Shown here in pieces: positions 51,770 through 64,000 of a stretch of DNA of 64,000 nucleotides. The notes beneath the pieces were generated by a model that worked only from the letters and a program-made list of their open reading frames with translations, made no database searches and was not told the origin of the DNA. Origin of the DNA: Dipteris shenzhenensis (taxonomy: Eukaryota); assembly GCA_047967505.1 (NCBI GenBank), contig CM106538.1; one strand, given 5' to 3'. The number at the start of each line of letters is the position of its first letter. Positions within the stretch are counted from its first letter, which is position 1. Position numbers and translations under genes: made by a program.

Positions 51770-52688
51770 CTCTTTGGAAAGCTGCCAAATGAACCTTTTT
51801 CGTCTGGCAGGTCATCATCTCGTAACTCGGTCGACCGTCCAAACCTAAAACTCATGATACGTTGCTGTTTATTTAATGATGAAATGGACTCTCGGGAGTT
51901 GGTTGGCAGGAAAAAATCTACACTGCACGTATAATACTTGCTCAAGACAAAAACAATTTTTGTTTTAAAATTACGAGTTACATACTGGCTGGATCCAGCG
52001 AGACCCACTCCCAACAATTGATCTTTGGCGCAATTAACTAAAACGGTAGCAGTTGGAGCCCACGTAAGGTGAATTGAAAGGGAGATTTTGCTGAACCTTT
52101 ATATTCTAGGGACGCATTATAGTATTAAACGATTACAAGCGTTGAGCTGTTGAAGCGTATTACTCAAAAGAGTAATAAATGGTGTCATGTCCCTAGGGGT
52201 TGCAAAAAAGTGATTATTAAGCCTGTCCAAATTGTGCATCGAAAGGGCCGGCTGAAAAAACAATGGCCAAGCAGGATGGTGTGAATAAAGTCTGCAACAA
52301 AGAAAGTGTAGCAGATATAGCAAAAAGCCTAGGGCAGAGCTAGAAGGGACGGCCACAATAACCAATGAGGGGATGAAAGGAGGCCTAGGCTGTGTAGGAT
52401 GATTAGGGGGATGAGGAAGTGCATGATGTAAGGGGCAGTTTAATAATTGGGAAAGATACAAAGCAGAGAAGGTACAATGAAGACAGTTGACAATGAGCGA
52501 TAGAGAAAAACCTTACTTTGGCCATGACAAGGGCTCCAGAACACAAAGCCCTTGCTGCCTTCGCCTTTATAAACACGCACTTTCATGCTACTTTGAATCT
52601 CACCCTCTTCTTCCCCTTCTCTCTCGCTTTCCATCATTGCTTCCTGCTTCCACCAAGTTTCCCTCGCTGTTTCGGTTTTTCCCATCAA

Positions 52689-54890
52689 ATGGGCCTCACC
52701 TTGCTCCTTCTCGCCTCTCTCTTTTGTTTCACCCATTTCCTTACTCTCCCCTCTCCTGGGTTTTCCTTCTCCGCTGATACTGGCCTCAATTTTGCAATCG
52801 ATGCCGTTGCTTCCTCTACTTCCGACTTTGCCTCGTCCGTTCTCTCCCTTGGGGCTGCTCGCTGGCAAGCACCGGCTCAGAATTTGACGGATGACATTTT
52901 AGTCATGGCGAGGGAGCCCGACTTTGCGCACTGGCTGAGGAGTGTGAGAAGAACGCTACATGAGAACCCAGAACTGGCGTATGAAGAAGTCGAAACTAGT
53001 GCTTTGATTCGAGCAGAGCTAGACAAGCTCGGAATCCACTACAGGTGGCCCGTAGCCAAGACTGGTGTCGTGGCGTCGATTGGGACTGGAAAGCCACCAT
53101 TTGTAGCCCTTCGGGCGGATATGGACGGCCTCCCAATTCAGGTTTGTAAAGGTCTTCTTTGCTCCAACATCTTCCTCCCATCGCTTGAGAATTGCGACGT
53201 TCCTCATCGGCAGGAGTATCCGGAGCCATAACCTGAGATTTTTAATGTATGCACAGGAAGCAGTGGAGTGGGAACACAAGAGTAAGATTCCTGGAAAAAT
53301 GCATGCCTGTGGGCACGATGCGCACGTAGCAATGCTCCTCGGCGCTGCCAAACTGTTACACCAACGCCTTGACAAATTGCAAGTAAGGAGCTGCGATGAT
53401 TTGTAACGCCCTTTCTGCATCTCATTTACGTAGTACGTTTATACATTTGAATGATTGATGAGAGTATTGTTTTGAGCAGCCTATTGCTTTATCTTTGTCG
53501 AACAGGGCACAGTTATATTGATCTTCCAGCCTGCTGAAGAGGGCGGAGCTGGAGCAAAGCGCATGATAGAGGAAGGAGCTCTTGGAGAGGCAGAAGCTAT
53601 CTTTGGAATACATGTGACACACGCCCAACCAACGGGAGTTATTGGTTCAAGGCCCGGTCCTGTGTTGGCCGGATGCGGATTTTTCAAGGCCGTCATTACT
53701 GGAAGAGGCGGTCATGCTGCACTTCCGCAACATTCTGTGGATCCCATTGTTGCAGCGTCTTCAATCGTCTTGAGCTTGCAATATCTGATATCCCGAGAAT
53801 CAAATCCTTTAGATTCAGAGGTTAATTCTCCCCTACACGCCCCGTGGCTTCATATTTGGGACAAGATCTCGATTTCATGTCCACCGTTTGGATGGCAAGT
53901 GAAGGAGCATCTAGAGATAGGAAATGGGCATTGGATGATGTTGATAAATTATGTTTCTACAGCCAATTCACGTCTCCATAACTAATTGCTTTAAATTCTC
54001 ATGCTGTGCCAATACCGTGTTCATAACTTCACAAGTTTATCTCCCTACCTCTCTCTCTCTCTCTCCTCTCTCTATCTATCTATCTATCTCTATATATATA
54101 TATATATCTATATATATCGCATATGCATATTATATACGTGGAGGATGCATGCACGTTTGACATGTGACCAAAAAGATGTTCTGTAGTTCTTGTCAGCTTT
54201 CGTATGAATTTTGTGCCAAGCCATTCAATATGGCTTCATGACTAAATGTGTGGGGCATCCATGCTTTGTGCAGGTGGTGTCGGTGACTACATTTGATGGG
54301 GGCAGTGCTTATAATGTGATTCCTGAGTCTGTTGTGATTGGCGGTACATTTCGGGCATTTACAAATGAAAGTTTTCAAATGTTGAAGCAGAGAATAGAAG
54401 AGGTTCTTATCCTCTTTAAACCTTGAACTTGCCAACCTTCCTTCACTATTGCAAAACTATACATTTGCACTTGGCTTCTCACAGTGTTTGCTGTTTTTCT
54501 TGCGATGCACAGATCATAATGAAACAGGCAGAAGTTCATAGGTGTCTTGCGGTCATAGATTTCTTGGAGAAAGATCATCCCTTCTACCCTCCAACGATTA
54601 ATGATCGGAACATGTATGAGCACGTACGTAGTGTAGCAGCTGATGTTGTTGGCAAGCAAAATGTACTGAGGGTGAACCCGGTCATGGGGGCAGAAGATTT
54701 TTCCTTCTTCGCAAAAGCCATTCCAGGATGCTTTTTTTTCCTTGGGATGAGGAACGAAACTTGTGGGTCCATTCATTCTGGACATTCGCCTTTCTTTTTT
54801 CTTGATGAAGAAGTTCTCCCTATTGGTGCTACAATGCATACGGCCATTGCTGAGAGATATATAGAACGAGCTCTCTATGTTCCCTCTTGA
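52689..54890 (+). CDS. ILL: IAA-amino acid hydrolase ILR1/IAR3-like (M20 peptidase); exons 52689-53141, 53257-53382, 53506-53820, 54274-54402, 54513-54890; about 466 aa
   Basis: [62 protein letters not shown] and [13 protein letters not shown] introns in frame; hydrophobic signal-like N-terminus. Confidence 0.96.
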
Positions 54891-55879
54891 CAAGGTAGTT
54901 CTACTGGCTCCTCACTCTGATGTATCATTGGGGAAGGTTATCGTAGGTTCTAACATGCACATCTCAGTCAGCCTTAGCTTTCCGTCCTCATCCAAGTGGC
55001 CCACCCACAACACTTGGATGATTCAAGGAATCCAGCGCTTACTACAGGAGAGATTATTAATTTAGATGCAGCTGGTTATGCAACTTCTTACTACAATGCA
55101 CACATGTGTCAACAGGTTGAGTGCTGTTCAAGGAGTCCTTGCAACGCAAGTTCGGCGTGGATACACGTTGATAAGCTGTGAAGCCGGCTTCGCATCAGTT
55201 CTAACTTCACTTAAGCAAACCCAAGTTTAGTGTGTTATTTGAAGACATCAGATTTCTGAGTAGAGTCGCTCATGGTGGCTGCTACCTTCAAATCACAAGC
55301 CTGGGATGTGAAAGAGAAGCATTTAAACTTAGATGGGAAATCAACATCATAACCATCCCACAACTGGCCATCTGTTGAAAAAGTTCATCCTGAGCTTGTT
55401 AATGATGCAGAATCTTTTCCAAGTTGAGGTCTCAAAGAATGAGAGTATGCATACACTCGACAAGTCACTATGTAAAATTGGAATTCCATCCTCTTGGAGA
55501 CTCCAGACGCAAGAGATCACTAAGCATAATTTATGTCCCTGTGAAAAAGAAACATCCTTTTTGCCAAAAGTCCAGAGAATACTTCGTTTTGCAGATACCA
55601 TATCCATCATTTGCTGCCAGTTCTATCACAGTGGATGATAGATTGTGGCGAAAGATGGTTGTGCTCTAGTAAATTTTATATCATGTGTTGTATGTGTGCA
55701 CACGCTAAAACTACAATGTGACAGAATGTTTTAACAATCAACACGTTCACATGATCTATCATGGTGGATCATCAATTGTGACAAAGATGGTGGAGCTCTA
55801 GAAAACTCTGCATCGTGTCTATGAAAACAAATGCATTGTGTATATTCTAAGCCATGTGGACACCTTGACCGTTTCCTCA

Positions 55880-56830
55880 CAATCCCTCCTTGATCCAATA
55901 GTGTCCTTGGACCTCTACAATTCCCATTCCTGAGGAGATTTTATTAAGAGGCTTTTAACCTTCGTCACGAACTCTCCTGTTCCATTAAAGTACTCAAAGC
56001 CTTCCTACTCTTCGCAACCAGAGATAGACCCAGGGCACGCATCCTGCTCTCTCAGACATTCAGAACCATGAAAACTTCCTCCACCCCATTGAACCCTTTC
56101 ATATTCGAACTCTTCTTAGATTCTTTCCCCTCGCATCCACCTGAGATGGACCCAAAGCCATGAAATCATCAGGCAACGTTTGCCTCCCAAGGTGGATCCA
56201 ATGGAAACAGAAGCGGAATTAACATCTGACGAACATAAGAACCACCGTTATCGATATACATGCGACAACAACAGGACGCAGCGATCTAAGGAAAAACAAC
56301 ACAAATACAAAGCATCAACTGACGCACCTCCCGAATCGCAAAAATCACTTCAAAAAGCAGCAGAAAGTTGCAGCATCCTTCACCAAAACTTGCTCTCCCA
56401 AGAGCCCATCATAGACAGAAGCAACCACCAAAATCATTTCGACTCCCAAAGCAAAGAACGGCCCATCAGGAACATCCTCCGTCAATTCACAGCCACAAAA
56501 CCTTAAAGAGCACACGAAACACTCTTTCCAGCAAGCCCTCCAAACACGAGCAACACATAAAAATCCCTCCAACCAACCAATTAAAACAAGCGGCACGTTG
56601 CTCTAAAATCCCACAAAATGAACATGTCCAAAATCTCCCTCTCGACCTCGATGCTTGGAAAGGGCATAGCTCAGAGACGTGGTCACAAAACGGCTGGCCT
56701 TCGAAAAGACATTTGCCTGCAATCTTTTCCTGAACTACCACCTCGCATGTCTAAACAGGTTCCCGCCACTATTTAATTTTCAAGAATTCAAACAGGTGGT
56801 ATCACAGGTGAGAGTTAGGCCAAGTAACAT
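55880..56830 (-). mobile_element. Possible decayed LINE ORF1/ORF2 junction
   Basis: FEGQPFCDHVSELCPF (degenerate ORF1 knuckle-like) and GNCRG (resembles the SWNCRG start of ORF2). Weak. Confidence 0.3.
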
Positions 56831-57270
56831 TTACTCTAGCCCCATAATACAAATTTTATTTTGAATGTTGGCATAGCCTTGAGACTGAGCATCCATCGCG
56901 ATTTGATCCCCGTGTCAGACCTCCCCAGGTAGCATTCAGCTACACTGGCCGCACAATCTGCACGGTACAACAAACTGGTTTTCTCCAAGGCTCAAAATTG
57001 CATTAAAGGTGCTGGTTCTTCCCGTCCATCGACCCAAGGCTAGGCTTGCGATGGTGATTTTGGCAAGGCTGGATTGGCCAAATGCTAAGTCTAGCAAGCA
57101 ATTAAAAAACTCGCCTTCTATTGGTTCACCCTAGCGATGGGTGCCCGTGAGTGTGTAAACAACCTTAAAGTTCAGGTCTCAAATTTCTCCGTTCATGTTT
57201 TTGGAGTGTTTTTTCGTAAATGTTTTTTTGTTAAAGTATAACTAGGATGGCCCAAAATCTTGAGGTTTTA

Positions 57271-60200
57271 TGAATTGATCAAAATTTTAACACTCTACAA
57301 CTACCTTGATCACTCAACCTAAACTCTATGTGACATAATTAGTGTGAGCTATAGTGGTTTGGAAAGCACCCCAAAGATTATGTCAAAGGTCAATATTTTG
57401 ACGTTTTTCAAAATTTAAATTTACATTAGCTTGTAAAAAAGGTAAGGGGGCTCTAAAATGGATCAATTACAAAAGGCCAACACTTTTTGCCAATAGATCC
57501 TTACTTGATGCATACCCTCATTAGAGGGAGGGACTTGAATGTATGTAGGAAAAATACGCCTAGGGTCAAATCAAATGTCTATTCCTTGGACTTTTTTGAA
57601 ATTTGATTTTGCATTAATTTTCAAAAGTTAAGCCTATTTGAGGGGATGTAAGGCTATAAAAAGGCATCATTTTCAAGAGGCTATGATATTTTACTGATAG
57701 ATCCAAATCTAAATCATTTGAACTTGATCGGAGCACAGAACTTATTAAAATTCATGTTGAGCAAATCACTCTTGGAAATTGCATTGCCCATGAGCAATTG
57801 GCATATGGAAGATGGCCTCCGTTGTAGATTATAGTGCCAAAAACTCTGGTCTTTGATGGTACTAATTCCTACCTGTTGAAGTGTTTTTTTTTTTTGCAAA
57901 AATGTTGTGGAAGCTTGTCATTGGAGAGATGCTTGCACTAGCTCTAATAATATTGCAAGTACATGATTGGAATGAGAAACCTTGGCACAATTATGGGATT
58001 GTGTCAATGCCCATGTTCGCTCCTTCATCTTCCTCAACTGCACACCTCAAGTGATCAACCATGTAAAACACATGACGCAGGTAAAAGGAATTTGGGAGCA
58101 CTTGACCTCTCTATAAAATAAGGCATCACCAATGAAGCATGTCTCCTTGGATGTGCACATGTATGTGCTGAAATTTGCAAAGTCTTCAATCCTGAGAGAG
58201 CATATTAGCAAGATGCAATCTCTTTAGCACTCATATGGGGAGGAGCTTATGTTAATGGTCCTACACCAAGAGGAGTGATTCATGAACCCTCCACAAGGTG
58301 GATATTCCGAGGTCTTAACCTCCTCGCAATTGAAAGGTAGAAACAAAAAGAAGGGAAAGACTTGGAAGTATTCTTAGTCAAAGTATTCAGAGAAGAAGTC
58401 CATTTTGGGTTGTCATGCTTTGAAGGCTAGTTGGACCTATAGCTATAGTGGCCAGAAAAGGTCACTACTACATGAGATCTCCTCAGCAAAGCCAAGAGAA
58501 GGGTATAGGTTCCTCAGTTGCTACAACTGTGAGTGACTCCACCTTTTGTGAACTTGGAGATCATGGACAACAAGCTTCGTCAGTTTGAGTAGGGACATAT
58601 TTGGTCTCACCATTGGGGATTCTCAGGGAGTGGATTTAAGATGGTGGTGCTTCTAGTCACATGATCTCCTATTTGAGAAATGTCCTAAGATCTTCGTTGG
58701 AAAATAGGTAATATCTTCATTGGAGACAAGTCCACTATCTCAATTTGAGGTGAGGGAAGTTTGGAGATCATTCGTGAGACTGAGTTCATTAAAATTCCTA
58801 TGACAAGGTTTTACAAAATGAAAGAAATCTACAAACTTGGTATAAAAAATAGCAAGCAAAACTTTGAAGTCTTAATAACATTGTGTAGCAGTTGTATGAA
58901 AATGTGTTAGGTGCATTTTAGCACTCTTATGAAATTGTATGGTGTGCATTGTAGCAGTCTTATGAAATTATGCTCAGTACATTATGAAATTTGTATTGTA
59001 TGGGGTTCATTGTGGCAGTCTCATGAAATCCTGTTGGGTGCATTATGAGGCAAGCCATTGGAGTTTGGTTGATAAACCCAAGAGATGTACTTCAAGTTTG
59101 CATTTCTGATCATTTTCCAGTATGTTTCAAATTTGTAGTACGAGTATTGGTGTCAATATTGATCCATTGAATTGACCAAAATTTTAACACTCTACAATTA
59201 CCTTGATCACTCAACCTAAACTCTGTGTGATAATTAGTGTGAGCTATAGTGGTTTGGAAAGCACCCCAAAGATTATGTCGAAGGTCAATATTTTGACGTT
59301 AATTTAAATTTACATTAGCTTGTAAAAAGGTAAGGGGGCTCTAAAATGGATCAATTACAAAAGGCCAACACTTTTTGCCGATAGATCCTTACTTGATTCA
59401 TACCCTCATTAGAGGGAGGGACTTGAATGTATGTAGGAAAAATACCCCTAGGGTCAAATCAAATGTCTATTCCTTGAACTTTTTTGAAATTTGCTTTTGC
59501 ATTAATTTTCAAAAGCTAGGCCTATTTGAGGGGATGTAAGGCTCTAAAAAGGCATCATTTTTAAGAGGCTATGATCTTTTGCTCTGATAGATCCAAATTT
59601 GAATCATTTGAAGTCGATCAGAAAAATTGCATTGCCCACGAGCACTTGGCATATGGAAGATGGCTTCCATTGTAGATTATATTGCCTAAAACTCTTGTCT
59701 TTGATGGTACTGATTCCTACTTGTGGAAATGCTAGTTTTTTTTTTTCAAAAATGTTGTGGAAGCTTGTCATTGGAGAGATGCTTGCAGTAGCTACAATAT
59801 ATATTGCAAGCACATGATTAGAATGGGAAACCTTGGCACAATTATGGGATCATGTCAATGCCCATGTACACTCCTTCATCTTCCTCAACTACACACCTCA
59901 AGTGATCAATGATGTGAAACACATGATGCAGGTCAAAGAAATTGGGGAGCACTTGACCTCTCTATACAATAGGTCATCACCAATGAAGCATGTCTCCTTG
60001 GAAGTGCACATGTGTATGCTGAATTCTCTAAAGTCTTCAATCCTGAGAGAGCACATCAGCAAGATGCAATCTCTTTAGCACTCACATGGGGAGGAGCTTG
60101 TGTTGATGGTCCTACGCCAACAGGAGTGATTCATGAACCATCCGGGTGGAGGTTTTGAGGCCTTAACCTCCATGCAGTCGAAAGGAAGAAACAACAAGAA

Positions 60201-60630
60201 GGGAAAGTGGAAGTATTCTTAGTCAAAGTCTTCAGAGAAGAAGTCCATTTTGGGTCGTCGTGCTTTGAAGGCTAGTTGGACCTATAACCACAGTGGCCAG
60301 AAAAGGTCACTACTACATGAGATGTCCTCAACAAAGCCAAGAGAAGGGTATAGGTTCCTCAATTGCTACAACTGCGAATGACTCCAACTTTTGCGAACTT
60401 GGAGATCATGGACAAGAAGCTTTGTCTGTTTGAGTAGGGAGGTATTTGGGCTCACCGTTGGGGATTCTTAGGGAGTGGATTCTAGATAGTGGTGCTTCTA
60501 GGCACATGATCTCGTATTTGAGAAATGTTCTAAGATCTTCGTTGGAAAATAGGTAATATCTTCATTGGAGATAAGTCCATCTCAATTTGAGGTGAGGGAA
60601 GTTTGGAGATCATTCGTGACCAAGTTCATT
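57271..60630 (+). repeat. ~1.5-kb direct duplication (57271-58790 and 59168-60630) containing decayed Copia gag/protease
   Basis: Both copies start tgaattga(t/c)caaaattttaacactctac. They carry WEHLTSLY..SPMKHVSL (UBN2-like) and WILDSGASRHM. Confidence 0.85.
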
Positions 60631-60689
60631 CCGTTCACACACACACACACACACTATTGACACCAAAGAATGATAGATCAAACGGATCA

Positions 60690-61320
60690 AATGACATGTT
60701 GAATTGTAGTCAAATGGTAGACTGAATGGACCAGATGATAGATTGAATGGACCAAATGATAGTACAAGTTACCAAATGAAAGGAAGAATTTGACAAGCTA
60801 AAGATACACAAAAGGTCCAAGAAGTGACAGTGAGGACACACGAGAGATGCATAAATGTTGGCACGTGTAGACATGAGTTGGTGGAGTGTTAAGGCATAAT
60901 AAAATGGATTGGTTAAGTGATTTAATGGCATGAATGGTGGAATAAAACTCTATAAAAGATGTAACACTCTTCATTATGGGGTTATCTCCTTTAGATTATT
61001 ATGGAAGCTAACATCTCCGTTTCCCTTTAGTCTTGATAGGTCTATAGTTCTCCACCCCTCCCTTCTTCTATTTCAATGCCTATCCACAGATCCATAGAGA
61101 AATTTGACCCTCTAACATTTGAAATGATAGACGAAATGGACCAAATGATAGGCTGAATGACAAACCAAATGACAAGCTAAATGGACCGAATCATAGGCCA
61201 AATGATAGACCAAATGATAAACCAAATGGACCAAATGACAAGCCAAATGACACGGAATCAAAGGACAAATTTGACAAGCCAAAGATACAGAGATGGTCCA
61301 AGAAGTGACCGTTAGGACAT
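60690..61320. repeat. Short-unit GACCAAATGATA-type repeats, two related blocks
   Basis: Related blocks at about 60700-60840 and 61120-61320. Confidence 0.7.
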
Positions 61321-62799
61321 GTGGAAGACTTATAAATTCCCACACACATTGTTCTTAGAAAAAGTAATACTTGGGCGATTTATTTGTAAAAGAAAGCCAT
61401 ACAACAAGATCATATGTATGCAATTGTTTCTTACGGAAAAGGGATCAAGAGCTTCTTGAATCTTGTAGACCTTATTTTTCCAAAATTCCTATGACAAGGT
61501 TTCGCAAAATGAAAGAAATCTACAAACTTGGTATAAAAAATAGCAAGCAAAACTTCCAAGTCTTAATAACTCAAAAAAACCCTCGTCAAATTATTGGATA
61601 TAATGAACTAAGATGTGGTTCAATTCCAAAAAATATTGCATTGAATTACAAACATTTTAAAAATCAAATTGGTGATGTTTCTAATGTTATTAAAAAAAAT
61701 CATTTTATTGGTACCTTTAGAAATTTCACAAAACCAAATTTAGGGGATGACATTGAACCTCTAAGTCATAAGGGAAAATGTAAGGACTATACAATTATAA
61801 CAAATCCTATGCATTATGAACATAGTGTAGAAGGTTTGATCAACCTTAATGGATACGATGTAGAACATAAGCATTATACATTATCAAATTTTTCTAAGTG
61901 CAAAGAAGTATCAAATATACAGCTTTGTAACACCACTTTCTACTCAAACTTAATTTCTCTATTGATGAGCATGTGATCTTGAATTTTATCTTTCTAGATC
62001 GAAAAATTGTTATAAAAAACAAGGACTTGTGAATTCAATGTTTTAGGTGTTGGTACATAGATAAAATTGATCCTAGATCACTTCAGTGATCTTTTACAAA
62101 CTTAGTCTTAAATTTTAAATATTTTCTACTTTTCATTTTAAAATCAAAATAACGTAAGTAGTCTCTACAAAAATTCACTAGAGTGTTGATTAGGATAAAG
62201 AGAGTGTTTACTTCAATTTCTAAGCATCCATACTATTTTAATTTCTTGCTTTATTTCCAATTTAACAATGTTATAAGCTTTGTATTGTGCACCTATCTTG
62301 AAGGATTGGAAATGGTGGGTTCATGAACAACATGGAAAATAAACTTAGCAAAAGATTTAAGACTTAGGAAAGATGTTGGAAAGTAACAATCGTTCCCTTT
62401 GTATCCCTCAAGCATGCTAGTTTCTTCTATCTGATTTGACACTTGTCCATGGAAGAGATATCTTGAGCTAATTTTCATACTCTTATACTACTATTACAAG
62501 TGTGAATAGAAGTTGTGCATATTGTATACTCTTATTATCTCCAAGCTATATGCTTACATTTAGGTAGCATTACATGTGAGTAGTAGATGAATGGGACTAT
62601 TGAGAGAGTTTTCATTAATTGAGTTCTCTATTATATCATGTTTCTCTATTGCGAGAACATAAACGACTAAGTTTGAGCTTGATTGGTGTAGTGAGATGTG
62701 ATATAAAAAATCAGCATTAGGTTGCTTATGAGAGAAAAGATTTGAATCTTGAGTTTAGAAGTGATCTTGTTAGTTGAGTGTAATTTAGCTAAAGCCTAA

Positions 62800-63900
62800 G
62801 TTTTGAGGAAAATTGAGGCTTGGATAATTTCTAGGCGAAGAGCAAAAAAACTTTCCTTTTTCAAGCTAGTGTAAAATTACATGTGCAGTTAAAGTTCGTA
62901 CACGTTTCTTTGTTTGAGATAAGGTTGATTCAAGATTCCAACTAATTTTAGTTGCTGTTAAAGCTCTCTTGGCAAGGTTATTGCTGCAAGTTTGTTTTGT
63001 ACTTCTCCCTATATACATCAATAGTGGTTGGTATTTCAGCTCTTTTGGCGAAGCCATGCTTTATTTTCTACATGAAGCTTTTGATCAAGGTAGCTACAAT
63101 TAGCAATGTTTTGGTGGATTACCGATAGCCATTCTAGCTCTATGGCTCCAAAGAAAGCAAGTACATGTTGAAGACTTGAGAAATGTTTACCCGCATAATG
63201 GGTGCAATGGTAGAACGTGAATCCTCTACAAAATTGACTTGATGAATACTTGTGACGAAAGGAAGCTATAGAAATGGAAAAAAGTAAAGTTAACGATTAC
63301 GTAAAAGGTGTAAGCTAATGATGCCTCTTCTTCATCTACCAAAAATGCGAGCAAAGACCTTATGGTGAAGGCAATAGTAGAAATTACAGTTTACGACAGT
63401 TCATTGGATGCTAATCTCTTAACAAGTGGAATACTTTTAATCTCAAGGATTCACTCAAAATGAAAGGACATGCTACCATGTAGTGGAAGCATACACAAAA
63501 AAAAACAAAGGTCCTCTCTTGAATCATATGTACCTCAATAGAGAGATTTTGTAGAAATAGTAAAGATGAGATTGACTACATTTGACTATGAAATATAGCT
63601 AAGTCTCAGCAAAAGTTGAGGCAAGGATGAGGATAAAAAATGAGATACAACACGTAGATGTTATTTAAGCTGCCCATTAAGTTGGATGTTCAAAGAAGGC
63701 GAAAATATGCAAGATATGAAGTCTCATAAATGGACAAAAACATCGAATTCAAAAAGTGTTGGTATTGTTTACGATTGATACAAGTGACAGGGATTACCAA
63801 ATGTCCTTGAAAGTAGAAGAAAGGCTCTCGCATCAGGCAAAACCAAAGGATAGAAATATTATAGATGAAGGAGATAGGCACTATGTACAAGGATGAGGTA
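62800..63900 (-). mobile_element. Possible highly decayed hAT transposase remnant
   Basis: Weak motifs in hAT order: HLVIPVTCIN (about PCAAHCID), LVDEEEASLAYTFY, PLHPLCG and LAKRAL..SWNLESTLSQTKKR. Confidence 0.35.
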
Positions 63901-64000
63901 GTAACATGCAAGAAAAGCATCAAAGAGAGTAGCCTATGCAAAAATATCAAGCATATGAGAGAGCAAGGGGAAGATATGCTAACCATGGAAAGTATAGTAG

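Noticed and set aside
61371-61976. 201-aa ORF
   Set aside because: AT-rich, includes a duplicated repeat segment, no recognisable domain.

Overview
Repeat-dense land-plant nuclear DNA. The microsatellite load, TE content and gene models would fit a fern-type genome, but the taxon is an inference. Two host genes are present: a probable last exon of SUMO-activating enzyme subunit 2 (5075-5381, +) and a complete 5-exon ILR1/IAR3-like IAA-amino acid hydrolase (52689-54890, +). Between them lies a nested TE block with three Copia elements (LTRs and TSDs resolved), a decayed Gypsy, LINE fragments, a MULE-like MITE and long microsatellites. The most notable feature is a ~9 kb DNA transposon (36155-50538 including a nested Copia) bounded by perfect 30-bp CATTAG... 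TIRs. It encodes a spliced RAG1/Transib/Chapaev-type DDE transposase and three cargo genes: a histone H3-like protein with several H3-tail motifs, a BAH + ubiquitin-like protein, and an unknown acidic protein. A second, highly diverged relative lies at about 12.6-24.6 kb. It has the same transposase motifs and intron positions, one CATTAGG end, the same unknown cargo motif and a nearby H3-like gene. Both copies are pseudogenised. All protein-family calls come from reading motifs by eye, with no database search.
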